IMG/VR virus record: IMGVR_UViG_3300031276_000162
DNA: 64,000 nucleotides
Reading direction: 5' to 3' (one strand)
Origin: an uncultured virus (IMG/VR IMGVR_UViG_3300031276_000162)
Taxonomy: Duplodnaviria; Heunggongvirae; Uroviricota; Caudoviricetes
Shown here: piece after piece, positions 47,490-56,414 of the stretch
How the letters are laid out: each line of letters begins with the position of its first letter
Numbering within the stretch: position 1 is the first letter of the stretch
Translations under genes and position numbers: made by a program
Notes under the pieces: generated by a model
Seen by the model: only the letters and a program-made list of their open reading frames with translations
Databases searched by the model: none
Told to the model about the DNA's origin: nothing

Positions 47490-48255
47490 GTCCAGTGCAT
47501 CTTACCCCGCGGGTGTTGGTATTGATAGAATCCGCGCTGCTACTTCGCGGTGAGGGTCGGCCGCGGGTCGGCGCACGGCTGGGCTTCCCTCTCGGGTCCG
47601 TAGCACCCGCGTCGCAGGTCGCGCGCTCGCTCGGTCTCGCCCACGTCCTCGTACAGCCAGGCGGCGCGCTCCACGTCGGCCTCGGTGCCGGTGAAGCACT
47701 CCAACCGGTCGATGGCCGCGTAGCCCCGCCCGCCGTGGCGGTCAGCGAGCAAGCGCAACGCACGCCCGGTGCCGGTGTCGATGTAGTATTGGCGGGCCAC
47801 CAGACGCGCTCGACGCCCAGGCCGCGCTCCGCGCGCTCCATCCACTCCTCGAACTCGGGCCGGTCCACTCTCTCCATCCACCGCTCGAAGTCGACCCGGT
47901 CCTGGGCGGTGAGCCCCGGCGCCGCGGGGCCCCCGTTGAGCATCCGCTGCTCGCGCTGGGCGAGGTCGAGCGCGAGCCACTTCTCAGTGAGGGTCAATCC
48001 CCGCCCGGCGTCGGGGTCCGGGCCCGGCGGCATATCGCGCAGGAAAGCAGGCTCCGCCCGCTGCGCCTCAGTCGGCACGAGGCTACCGCTCTCGCGCACC
48101 TGCATTTCGACGAGGACCTGCACCGCGGCACGTAGCCGGTCCACGCCACCGAGATCCCCAACGGTCGCCTTTGCGCTTGGACTGCCGGCGTCGGCCTCTG
48201 TGATCAACATCATCAGCGCCTCGCGGGCGGCCTGCACTGCTTGCTTCTCGTTCAT
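47443..48255 (-). CDS. Hypothetical protein (3' part runs over the next gene)
   Basis: GGAGAGGA RBS; first ~150 aa look coding, the rest overlaps 47540-47800 out of frame. Confidence 0.5.
   Translation of the reverse strand: MNEKQAVQAAREALMMLITEADAGSPSAKATVGDLGGVDRLRAAVQVLVEMQVRESGSLVPTEAQRAEPAFLRDMPPGPDPDAGRGLTLTEKWLALDLAQREQRMLNGGPAAPGLTAQDRVDFERWMERVDRPEFEEWMERAERGLGVERVWWPANTTSTPAPGVRCACSLTATAGGATRPSTGWSASPAPRPTWSAPPGCTRTWARPSERATCDAGATDPRGKPSRAPTRGRPSPRSSSADSINTNTRGVRCTGHGKTPKERHPPSAAG
47540..47800 (-). CDS. Paralogue of 45659-45931
   Basis: GTG start inferred from the alignment. Confidence 0.65.
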   Translation of the reverse strand: MARQYYIDTGTGRALRLLADRHGGRGYAAIDRLECFTGTEADVERAAWLYEDVGETERARDLRRGCYGPEREAQPCADPRPTLTAK

Positions 48256-48482
48256 GGAGTCCTCTCCCCCGTCCTACGCCCCCCGTGGATCAAGCGCAGA
48301 TGTGGTCGTGGCGTTGCGGTTTGCGTAGAACGAGCCACTGCCGAAAGCGCAGCGGCTAAGTTGAAGCAGATCAGACCATGTCGATCGAACCCGACGTATC
48401 CGCTCAATGGCTCGGGCCACGTCCGAACAGCTTCGCTGAGCAAACTGGTGATGTCCGGGAAGGGGGGCGGCGCAATTCTCAT
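48252..48482 (-). CDS. Small hypothetical protein
   Basis: Preceded by repeated leader with RBS; ATGA coupling. Confidence 0.5.
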   Translation of the reverse strand: MRIAPPPFPDITSLLSEAVRTWPEPLSGYVGFDRHGLICFNLAAALSAVARSTQTATPRPHLRLIHGGRRTGERTP

Positions 48483-48531
48483 CTCGGTTTCCTCTCCCCC
48501 ATCCTACGCCCCCCGCCCCCAACACCTTCCC

Positions 48532-48900
48532 TCACCTGTTCTCTCCCCAACCGTCGAGCGCGCTTCTTGCGGTCGCGGGTCTCGAAGGCTTGCCTGGGGG
48601 TCGGGACGCTGTGCTAAGCTTTAGGTCATTGACTTGGGCACCACAAGTTGCCAGTTGTACGACCCCGACAGTTTCTGCTGCCGGGGTCGTGGCCGTTCTG
48701 GGGCTGCTTGGAGATACGCCCTTCCGGGCCGGGTGGGAAGTCCTGGGGCGGGTGCGGCGCTCGCGGATGCCCTTGAGGGCGTCACGGGCGAGCACGATGC
48801 AGTGGCGGGCGCGGTCCTCGTCACCGGCGTCGACTGCGGCGCCCGCGAAGCGCAGGCAGGTCTCGGCGGAGCGGATGGCGTCGGAGAGGGAGGTGGTCAT
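48532..48900 (-). CDS. Hypothetical protein
   Basis: Helical N-terminal ~50 aa; starts 6 bp after GT stop. Confidence 0.4.
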   Translation of the reverse strand: MTTSLSDAIRSAETCLRFAGAAVDAGDEDRARHCIVLARDALKGIRERRTRPRTSHPARKGVSPSSPRTATTPAAETVGVVQLATCGAQVNDLKLSTASRPPGKPSRPATARSALDGWGENR

Positions 48901-48906
48901 ATATAT

Positions 48907-49533
48907 CTATCCCCAGTTCGGATCCCCTGGCTGGCGGCGCCACCCGGGGTCGAAGGTAGCACCCGCTGAGCGCTGCCGACTCGCGGGGGTCCCCAGCAGA
49001 CTCGGCACGAGCTGGTTGTGTTCGACGAGCGAGGGGCCGTGAGAGCGGATCCGGTGACCGGTGTCGTACACCGCATGCGACACCGCAGAGTCCCACGGAT
49101 CTCCCTGAGCCATGAACATCAGTGCCAACCCGACGAAGCTCGGCAACAAGCTGGTGCGGTACAGGACACCCTGCGTGCATGCCCACTCGTGCAGGGGGTA
49201 CCAGCAGTCCTCGCGGCCCCGCCAACCCCCGGGCTTCAGCAGCCAGCCGGCACCAAATTGGTGGTGGTTGCGCCACCTCCAAGTCCGGCAGTTGTGCAAG
49301 ATGTTCTGGTTCACCCACACGTCGTCTTCGAGCACCAGAACATGCCCGGCCTTGCTCTTCGCCGCGCGCTCGTGGGTGGCCTGCCAATGTTCCCTGGCGC
49401 CCACCCCCGGAGGGTTCTCGCAGACGACGTAATCTTTGCCGATGTCGCTCTGCTCAATGGAAGCGAAGGTCGCTGCGTGTGATTCGCGCCCAGGAGCCGC
49501 AAACACGAAGACCTCAATGGAGTTGCTCACCAC
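48907..49533 (-). CDS. GT-A glycosyltransferase-like, paralogue of 51115
   Basis: VLVLEDD, SLVEH; near-full-length similarity to 51115-51762. Confidence 0.75.
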   Translation of the reverse strand: MVSNSIEVFVFAAPGRESHAATFASIEQSDIGKDYVVCENPPGVGAREHWQATHERAAKSKAGHVLVLEDDVWVNQNILHNCRTWRWRNHHQFGAGWLLKPGGWRGREDCWYPLHEWACTQGVLYRTSLLPSFVGLALMFMAQGDPWDSAVSHAVYDTGHRIRSHGPSLVEHNQLVPSLLGTPASRQRSAGATFDPGWRRQPGDPNWG

Positions 49534-49762
49534 TTCAAACCCAACTCCTCGAACGTCTGGCGAAGGAACATCAGCTCCACGTCCATCACGTGCTCTTCGG
49601 CGTCGGAAAGGCGCCGCATCTGCCAGTCGCGATTTTCGCGGGACCGGCGGCCCAGATCGGTGTGACCGGTGGCGCCCCGCCTCCGGCGGCGTTGCTTGCG
49701 CCAGGTCGGATCGTGCTTCTTCCAGTCGTACCGGCTGTAATCGGTCGTGCCGTAGGGTTTCA
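49527..49762 (-). CDS. Small basic protein
   Basis: In minus-strand run; start approximate. Confidence 0.4.
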
Positions 49763-49770
49763 CGGCGCCC

Positions 49771-49953
49771 TCACTTCCCGGCCAGAACCTTCGTCTGTTT
49801 CGCTGTCTTGGTGCCATCCGCCAGGGCGGCGAGCAACTCCCGGTGGCCATCGATTGACCGGCGGATCGCGGCGTCGATCCGTTTGGAAGTGCTCTCTTTG
49901 CGCCCGCCAGTCTTAACGCCGCGCACCATGGGGAGCTTGATCGGCTCGCTCAT
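49771..49953 (-). CDS. Small basic protein
   Basis: GGAGG RBS before MSEPIKL. Confidence 0.5.
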   Translation of the reverse strand: MSEPIKLPMVRGVKTGGRKESTSKRIDAAIRRSIDGHRELLAALADGTKTAKQTKVLAGK

Positions 49954-50020
49954 CGCTTCCTCCGCTTCCTGATCACGCGTGGCGCTGGCCGGTTGAGCAG
50001 CCCTCTTGCCTTGCCAGTCG

Positions 50021-50086
50021 AGAATAGCAACCACAATGGCGGTGTCAACGGTGCCCTTGACCGGCGCGCTCCTCGCAGGATATGGT
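50021..50086. promoter_or_regulatory. Back-to-back promoters, second copy
   Basis: GGTGTCAACGGTGCCCTTGAC; + TTGACC-18-TATGGT; - TTGACA-16-TATTCT. Confidence 0.6.
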
Positions 50087-50093
50087 GGCCGAC

Positions 50094-50321
50094 ATGGCAT
50101 CCAAGAAGCGCCGTAAGTTGCCCGCCAAGCGGAAGACTAGGGCGGCGGCCAAGCAGCGGCCCCCGCTTCAGGCCAGCACGAAGCGGCGCGCCGCGCCGCC
50201 GGGCGATCCATGGGACGACGTGCCGGAGGATCCCGAGACCATCTTCCATCTGAAGGAAGCCGCGCGCCACTTCGACGCGGCCTACAACGTGCGCCGTCCC
50301 CGCACGCGCCGGGGGCGCTGA
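50094..50321 (+). CDS. Small basic protein
   Basis: MASKKRRK; ATG 7 nt after the -10. Confidence 0.55.
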   Translation: MASKKRRKLPAKRKTRAAAKQRPPLQASTKRRAAPPGDPWDDVPEDPETIFHLKEAARHFDAAYNVRRPRTRRGR

Positions 50322-50327
50322 GCCGCG

Positions 50328-51134
50328 GTGGTCTGCCGCGCGTGGTGGCTCAGCGGGCTCAACAACTTCGGGGACCAGCTGACGCCGTGGCTCGTGGAGC
50401 AGGTCACGGGCGAGCCGGCGCAGTACTGCGAGATCGATGAGCCCCGGCGCAAGCTGATCGGCGCCGGCAGCGTGGTGACCCGCGCGCGGTCGGGCTCGGT
50501 GGTCTGGGGCGCCGGCGCCCTGAGCCTGCGCGAGAGCGTGGCCCCGAACGCTGACTACCGGGCCGTGCGTGGCCCCAAGACGCGCAAGATGGTGCTGGAG
50601 CAGGGGGGCCACTGCCCAGAGGTCTACGGCGACCCCGGCCTGCTGGTGCCGTGGTGGGTGGACGCTTCGCCCAAGCAGTGGACGCTCGGCATCGTCCCGC
50701 ACTTCATGGACTACGAGCAGGCGAGCCACGAATACCCGGAGGGCGTGGAGTTCACCATCATCGACGTGCGCGCGGAGGTGGAGCAGGTCGCCCGACGCAT
50801 CAGCAGCTGCGAGGTGATCGCGAGCAGCTCCCTGCACGGGCTGGTGCTCGCCTGTGCGTATGGGATCCCGCACGTGCAGCTGGTGTTTGGGGCACGCCTG
50901 GCCGGGGACGGGATCAAGTTTGCCGACTTCTACGATGGGATCGGCTACGAGCCGGCGCCGGTGCTGCGCGCCGACGAGGAGGGGTTCATCAGCCCGGAGG
51001 AGATGCTGCGAGTGGCTGCCCAGGCCGGCCCGCTCGACCTGTCAGACCTGTGGCACGCCTGCCCCATCGCCGAGCTGAACGAAGCGGGGACGATTGCTCC
51101 CATGGTGCCACCGTATGCCGTCCGAACGAATTGA
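50328..51134 (+). CDS. Polysaccharide pyruvyl transferase
   Basis: NFGD.L, AVRGP.T, GDPGLL, SSSLHG. Confidence 0.88.
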   Translation: MVCRAWWLSGLNNFGDQLTPWLVEQVTGEPAQYCEIDEPRRKLIGAGSVVTRARSGSVVWGAGALSLRESVAPNADYRAVRGPKTRKMVLEQGGHCPEVYGDPGLLVPWWVDASPKQWTLGIVPHFMDYEQASHEYPEGVEFTIIDVRAEVEQVARRISSCEVIASSSLHGLVLACAYGIPHVQLVFGARLAGDGIKFADFYDGIGYEPAPVLRADEEGFISPEEMLRVAAQAGPLDLSDLWHACPIAELNEAGTIAPMVPPYAVRTN

Positions 51135-51762
51135 AACGCTGGTCTTCGCTGCCCCCGGCCGCGACGAGGCGCACGCCCGCTGCTTCGCCTCCATCGAGGC
51201 GAGCGACATCGGCCAGGACTACACCGTGCAGCTGCACCCGGCCGGGGTGAGCGCGCGCGAGCACTGGCATGCCACCATGCTGTGCGCCGCCGCGGCCGCG
51301 AGCGACTACGTGCTCGTGCTCGAAGACGATGTGCTCGTCAACCGTCACATCCTGCACAACTGCCGAACCTGGAGGTGGCGCTACGACCCGCACTTCGCGG
51401 CCGGGTGGCTCTACAAGCCGGGCGGCCTGATGCCCGGGGTGGACGGCTGGTACACGAAGAACATCGAGTGGTACGGCGGTATCGCCGTGCTGTGGAAGCG
51501 CGCGGCGCTGGCGCAGCTGATGCCGCGGGCGTGGGAGCTACTGGCCGAGCTGGACTCGAACGCGTGGGACGTGGCCATCTCAAAGGCGGTGCTGACGGGC
51601 GGCTACGGCATCAGGATGCACTCGCCGAGCCTGGCCGAGCACCTGGACGAGATGCCGAGCCTGATGGGCCACCAGCCGAACTACTGGTTCCGGACGAGTC
51701 GGGGGACGTACGACGAGCAGTGGCAGCGGGCGCCCGGGGACCGGAACGGGCAGTTCGTTTGA
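51115..51762 (+). CDS. GT-A glycosyltransferase-like
   Basis: VLVLEDD, PSLAEH. Confidence 0.75.
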   Translation: MPSERIETLVFAAPGRDEAHARCFASIEASDIGQDYTVQLHPAGVSAREHWHATMLCAAAAASDYVLVLEDDVLVNRHILHNCRTWRWRYDPHFAAGWLYKPGGLMPGVDGWYTKNIEWYGGIAVLWKRAALAQLMPRAWELLAELDSNAWDVAISKAVLTGGYGIRMHSPSLAEHLDEMPSLMGHQPNYWFRTSRGTYDEQWQRAPGDRNGQFV

Positions 51763-52161
51763 TCCTGTGCTGAAGCTGGGGACAAGTCCCCGGGCGCCTG
51801 TCAAGGGCTCGTCGCACCGGCTCGTTTGACCCGCGACGTAGATTGTCACAGCGGCCCCCGCCCGCTTGACCCGCCAGGCCGGCGCCGGCGGCCATCGATG
51901 GCGCAATTCCACTCCATGGCGCTCCTGACCGCGATTTCTCGTTTGACCTGGAATGGATCCCCGGGTTTCATTCCACCCGTCGCCTCATCATTCCACCCAT
52001 GGGGGGCGAGCCCCGTGCGCTCTGGCGGTTCGTTTGACCCGGTGATCGAACCGCTGATCGAACCGCTGATCGAGGCCGGGGCGTCCCGGGTGAGGGCGAC
52101 GCCAGTGCGGGTCAAACGAGGAGCGGCCGGCGGGCCGTTTTTCGGGAATCTCGTTTGACCC
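51755..52161. repeat. Cluster of TCGTTTGACCC/GGGTCAAACGA sites
   Basis: Copies near 51756, 51822, 51939, 52030, 52109, 52150; 52109-52161 forms a 12-bp IR; TGATCGAACCGC tandem at 52043. Confidence 0.85.
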
Positions 52162-52287
52162 ACCCCTGGCGTGTCAGATCCGCCACCTCTGGCGCTATCA
52201 TGGTCGTCGCCGCCGTCTGCTCCCCGGTGGAAGCGTAGCACCCCCCGAATTGGCCAGCGGGCCCCCTGGTCGGTTAGCATTGGGGGC

Positions 52288-54903
52288 ATGTCGCTAGCAG
52301 AAGACCGGGACACGTTGGATCAGTTGGTTCAGATGGCCGCCGAGTCGGCGGAACTGGACATTGAGCCTGCCGGTGGGGTCAGCGACGCGCTGGTCCGGGT
52401 AGCAGAAGAGTACGACGGCGCGGTGGAGATTGCGCTCGGCGAGATGGTGAAGGTCTTCCCGCCCAAGGGCGGCGCGACGCCCGAGGACATTTTCGAGGCC
52501 GACGGTGCGTACAACATCCTGATGACCTTGCGCGGCGAAGGGGTTGGGATCTGGGACGGGCGCTGGGAGGAGTTCTACGACGACACCGAGGGGCCGGAGC
52601 AATTCCTGAAGGACACGCTCTCGCAGTACGCCGACGACACGGGGGGGGGCAAGCTGAACGAGGCGTTTGACAACGAAGCGCACGAGACTTCGCTGCGCCG
52701 CAGTCGTCGCCAGAGCAAACTGCAACCGAACGCGCGGGCTCGCGCTACCGCTGAGCTTCAGACCACCAAACTACGACGCGGCCAGGAAGTGCTGGCGAAG
52801 ACCTACGAGGGAGAGCTGTACCCGAAGACCTACGCGAACCGCACCCAGGCTCAGAAGGCTGCCGCGAAGCTCGGCTCTGGCTGGATCGTAATCGGGCGCC
52901 GGCCGTTCTACGTTGCGCGGGCCAGCACTACGGAGAGCGGCATAGCCAGAGCCGCGTCACGCTTCTACAGCATCGGCGAGGGGGGCCTGACTCCCGTCAC
53001 CGGCGGCCGCGACATCTACCTGCAGCCCGGCGTCATCTACTACATGGGCGCGAGCAGTAGCCCCGATCAGATCATGATCACGGGGCTCGAAGGCGCGAGC
53101 GACTCGGGAGCCATCCACTACAAGAGCTACCCGTTCACGGGCAAGGAGGCGCGCATCGAGAACGAGATCGGGCGCGACCTGATTGCGCAGGGCACTGCGA
53201 CAGAGCTGAAGCGGCGCAAGGAATTCCCTGCGCGTATGGCCTCGCTCAAGCGGGACCCGGGTTACGCCAAGGTCATCGAGGCCGACCCAGACTACCAGGC
53301 CGACATTGCCTCGATGGAGGCGGTGCTTGCCGGGCGACCGGGCAAGGTCGAGGACCCCTACGACTACTGGCCCAGGTACGTGACCGTGGAGGCCACCAAG
53401 CCCGCCAGTGAGTACCCGCGCGGCGATCCATGGTACGGCGCGGAGGAGTACGGGGGCGTGGGTGGTCTGGAGCGCGGCGGCAAGACGCTGTACGAGATCC
53501 ATACCAACCGCAAGGGCGAGCGGGCGTTGCGGGCGGATGACCGCTTCCGGGTGGTCGGGTCGAGCGAGGAGCGGCCGAAGTACGAAGAGAACCCTCGCCA
53601 CGGCCGCCCCTCAGAGGAGCAGTTGCTGCAGGGCTCGGTCTACGAGGATGCCTTCCGTGAAGCCCGCGATGGCGGCTCCACGATCCAGGAAGCCCGGGTC
53701 TATGCCCAGGAGCAGGCGGATGCTGACCGGGGCGAGCGTCTGGCCGGCGCGGGCGGGCACGACTGGGAGCACGAGCGCAACGCCGCTGGCGCACATAACG
53801 GGTCCACAGGAGTAGTCTTCGAGGCTGCCACCCGAGGCGGTAAGTACCGCATCGAGGTGGCCAGGAGAGGCGACGAATACGCAATGACAACGTTCACTAG
53901 CGGGCAGTCCGCTGGTCGAGCCACTGGATATACGCAAGGGGAAATGCTCAAGCGCGTGACCGGAGAGATCTATAATGCCAAGAAGTATGATGGCATCAAT
54001 TACCGTATCTCCCACGACGAGTTGGGAGTCGGAACGGTTCTGGGCGCGTCAATGTACGGGCCGGAGTTTTCCAAGGGTAGCCACCGTCCGAACTCCCCAC
54101 CCCGCCCCAAGCCCGGTGAACAGCAAATCGCGGTGACGCACCAACACGCGCAGATCCGCTACCGATACAACCGCAAGGCGTACACGCTGATAGTAAGCCG
54201 CGGTGGAAGCTGGGAGCTGACCAGCGCGGGCGCGGTTGCTAGCGGCAGTGTCGTGGGTGTTAAGAGTTCCATGCCCAGGCTGGCGCAGGAGCGCGGCCGG
54301 AAGGTGCACGACAGCACCCTGACGGAGGCGGCGCGGCAGCTATACGACTCGGGGTTGTGGGACGGAGTGGCTGGTGGCCCAGGCGCCAAGTGGGACATTC
54401 TGGAAGAGCAGGGCGGCGGACACCACCGCCCCAACGCACGCCCTGGGCTGACCCCCTCGGAAGTCGCTCAACTCCCGGTTGGGTCCATCGTGTACTCCCG
54501 GGCGGCTGGGTTTGCCATGAGTGTGGTTCCTGACGGCGGCCTTGCTCCCATCACAGTTCTGCCGGAAAGGGCTGGCGGCGGCGAGCCTGACGGCGAACCT
54601 ATCGCGTCGTTCGGTGAGGAGTTTGCTCTCGTGAAGCAAGGGCGCGGCAAGCTGCTGACCGAAGGAACGGCACAGCGGCTAGTTATCACCTGGATGCGAG
54701 AACAAGGCGCGCAGCACAACCCCGGCCAGGACACCACCCTCGCCGAGATCAAGCGCCGCGCCGCCGACGCCAAGCAGGCTCGGAAGTCGTGGGCCTTCTT
54801 CACCCTGCACGGCAAGGAAGCCGGCATCAAGCTGACGGGCGTCGGCGATGCGTGGCTGAAGCGCGCAACAAAGGCCGACATTGAACGAGTGGCTGTCTAC
54901 TAG
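52288..54903 (+). CDS. Polyvalent-like modular protein B
   Basis: Modules separated by LQPN, YEEN, HERN, HRPN, HRPN, AQHN. Confidence 0.75.
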   Translation: MSLAEDRDTLDQLVQMAAESAELDIEPAGGVSDALVRVAEEYDGAVEIALGEMVKVFPPKGGATPEDIFEADGAYNILMTLRGEGVGIWDGRWEEFYDDTEGPEQFLKDTLSQYADDTGGGKLNEAFDNEAHETSLRRSRRQSKLQPNARARATAELQTTKLRRGQEVLAKTYEGELYPKTYANRTQAQKAAAKLGSGWIVIGRRPFYVARASTTESGIARAASRFYSIGEGGLTPVTGGRDIYLQPGVIYYMGASSSPDQIMITGLEGASDSGAIHYKSYPFTGKEARIENEIGRDLIAQGTATELKRRKEFPARMASLKRDPGYAKVIEADPDYQADIASMEAVLAGRPGKVEDPYDYWPRYVTVEATKPASEYPRGDPWYGAEEYGGVGGLERGGKTLYEIHTNRKGERALRADDRFRVVGSSEERPKYEENPRHGRPSEEQLLQGSVYEDAFREARDGGSTIQEARVYAQEQADADRGERLAGAGGHDWEHERNAAGAHNGSTGVVFEAATRGGKYRIEVARRGDEYAMTTFTSGQSAGRATGYTQGEMLKRVTGEIYNAKKYDGINYRISHDELGVGTVLGASMYGPEFSKGSHRPNSPPRPKPGEQQIAVTHQHAQIRYRYNRKAYTLIVSRGGSWELTSAGAVASGSVVGVKSSMPRLAQERGRKVHDSTLTEAARQLYDSGLWDGVAGGPGAKWDILEEQGGGHHRPNARPGLTPSEVAQLPVGSIVYSRAAGFAMSVVPDGGLAPITVLPERAGGGEPDGEPIASFGEEFALVKQGRGKLLTEGTAQRLVITWMREQGAQHNPGQDTTLAEIKRRAADAKQARKSWAFFTLHGKEAGIKLTGVGDAWLKRATKADIERVAVY

Positions 54904-54912
54904 GAGAAACCC

Positions 54913-55500
54913 ATGGCACGGAAGCAGCCGAGGAAGTCCAGCAAACGGCGCATGCGTCGCAACGAGCAGCAGACGGCGAAGGACGCGACGCAGTTTTACG
55001 CGCAGCCCTACCAGGGGGGCGCGGGCTTCTACTTCGACACCGCCGAGGAGTTCGAGACCGTGCTGGGTCGGTTCAGGAAGCGCGGCGTCGAGGAGTTCGA
55101 GCTGCAGGTCATCAACGGCGAGGACGAGGACACAACGCTGGCTGCCGCCCTGCTGAGCGCTGGCGCACTCGACCAGACGAACATCGAGCGCTGGTACGAG
55201 GACATCGAAGAGGAGCTGGACACCTACCAGAAGGCCGCCCTGCTCTACATCGTCGCCTACGGCGAGCACGACCTCGACAAGGCCCTTGGCTTCATCGAGA
55301 ACTTCAGCGTCTACGAGGGGCGGATGAAGGAAGCCGCCGAGGAGATGCTCGACGACCAGGGCGGCCCCACCACCCTGCCCAAGGAAGAGCTGGAGCGCTA
55401 CTTCGACTACGAAGCCTACGCCCGCGACCTCAACTTCAATGGCGAGCTACACGAGATCGAGCTGGGCGGCGAGACCTACTCGCTGCTCGGGACGTTCTGA
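54913..55500 (+). CDS. ardA: ArdA-like antirestriction protein with basic MRRN leader
   Basis: Acidic; C-terminal LERYFDYEAYARDL signature. Confidence 0.8.
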   Translation: MARKQPRKSSKRRMRRNEQQTAKDATQFYAQPYQGGAGFYFDTAEEFETVLGRFRKRGVEEFELQVINGEDEDTTLAAALLSAGALDQTNIERWYEDIEEELDTYQKAALLYIVAYGEHDLDKALGFIENFSVYEGRMKEAAEEMLDDQGGPTTLPKEELERYFDYEAYARDLNFNGELHEIELGGETYSLLGTF

Positions 55501-55508
55501 GGCTGAGC

Positions 55509-56405
55509 ATGGCGACCAAGAAGAAGCTTGCCCGTAAACGCTTTCTCGTGCTTGGCACTGCGGACTACTTCCGCGATCGGGATCTGCTTTTCAAGTACGG
55601 CCGCCACACGATCGAACGCGCCGCCCCCACGAAGGTCGAGGCGATGCGCATCGCCTACGAGTTCATGGACGCAAACGAGGTGCAGGGTCGCGAGGCAAAG
55701 GTTTGGATCGAGGAGCAGAAGCTCTCCCGCGGACAGTACTACGGCGAGGGCTACGGTGCGGTTGCGTCTTGGCGAGCGAGCAACTGGGGGGAAAGAGGTG
55801 AGGCGGAGATGAGGCGCAACAAGTCCGTTGACGAGGATGACATCAGGGATGCGTTGGAGTCGCAGCTGCAGACGATGGCCGACGAGTCCGCCGCCCAGGC
55901 GCACAGCATGGTGGACGACCAGCTGCTGATGGATCTGGGCGAGCTGGACTACGACACCGACGAGGTGTACGTCATCGCGGAGTTCGGCGACGAGGTCGGC
56001 GTGAGCGAGGACCTCCTGGTCGATCCGTCTTGGTACAAGGAGCTTGGCCTGGAGCCGCCCGAAAACGTCGTCGACAAGTGGGGCGAGGCGAGTACGAAGG
56101 AGAAGGGTCCTGGCGGGTACGGCACTCGTGCGGACTGGGCGCTCATCGAGTGGCTCAGGGAGCAGGGCTACGAGCAGGTGAAGCGATTGGGCGGCGCGAA
56201 GCCGACCGGCGACGAGACGGAGATTGAGGGCGAGTTCGTGGTCGAGCGCGTGGCCCAAGAGCTGGGCGCCGCGAAAGACGACGTCTGGGAAGTACTCGAA
56301 GCCGAGTTTGGGGCGTCGCGCGATGGCCAGGTCTACTACAGCTCAAACTCGGGCCAGATCGACGTGTACGCGATCCCGCTCGAAAGCGAGGACGACGAGG
56401 ACTGA
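55509..56405 (+). CDS. Two-module protein, highly acidic after MRRN
   Basis: MATKKKLARKR; EMRRN junction. Confidence 0.75.
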   Translation: MATKKKLARKRFLVLGTADYFRDRDLLFKYGRHTIERAAPTKVEAMRIAYEFMDANEVQGREAKVWIEEQKLSRGQYYGEGYGAVASWRASNWGERGEAEMRRNKSVDEDDIRDALESQLQTMADESAAQAHSMVDDQLLMDLGELDYDTDEVYVIAEFGDEVGVSEDLLVDPSWYKELGLEPPENVVDKWGEASTKEKGPGGYGTRADWALIEWLREQGYEQVKRLGGAKPTGDETEIEGEFVVERVAQELGAAKDDVWEVLEAEFGASRDGQVYYSSNSGQIDVYAIPLESEDDED

Positions 56406-56414
56406 AAAGGACAC

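Noticed and set aside
46421..48328. 635-aa plus-strand ORF
   Set aside because: Antisense to rep and small genes, crosses the IR, Arg/Ser/Pro-rich shadow composition.
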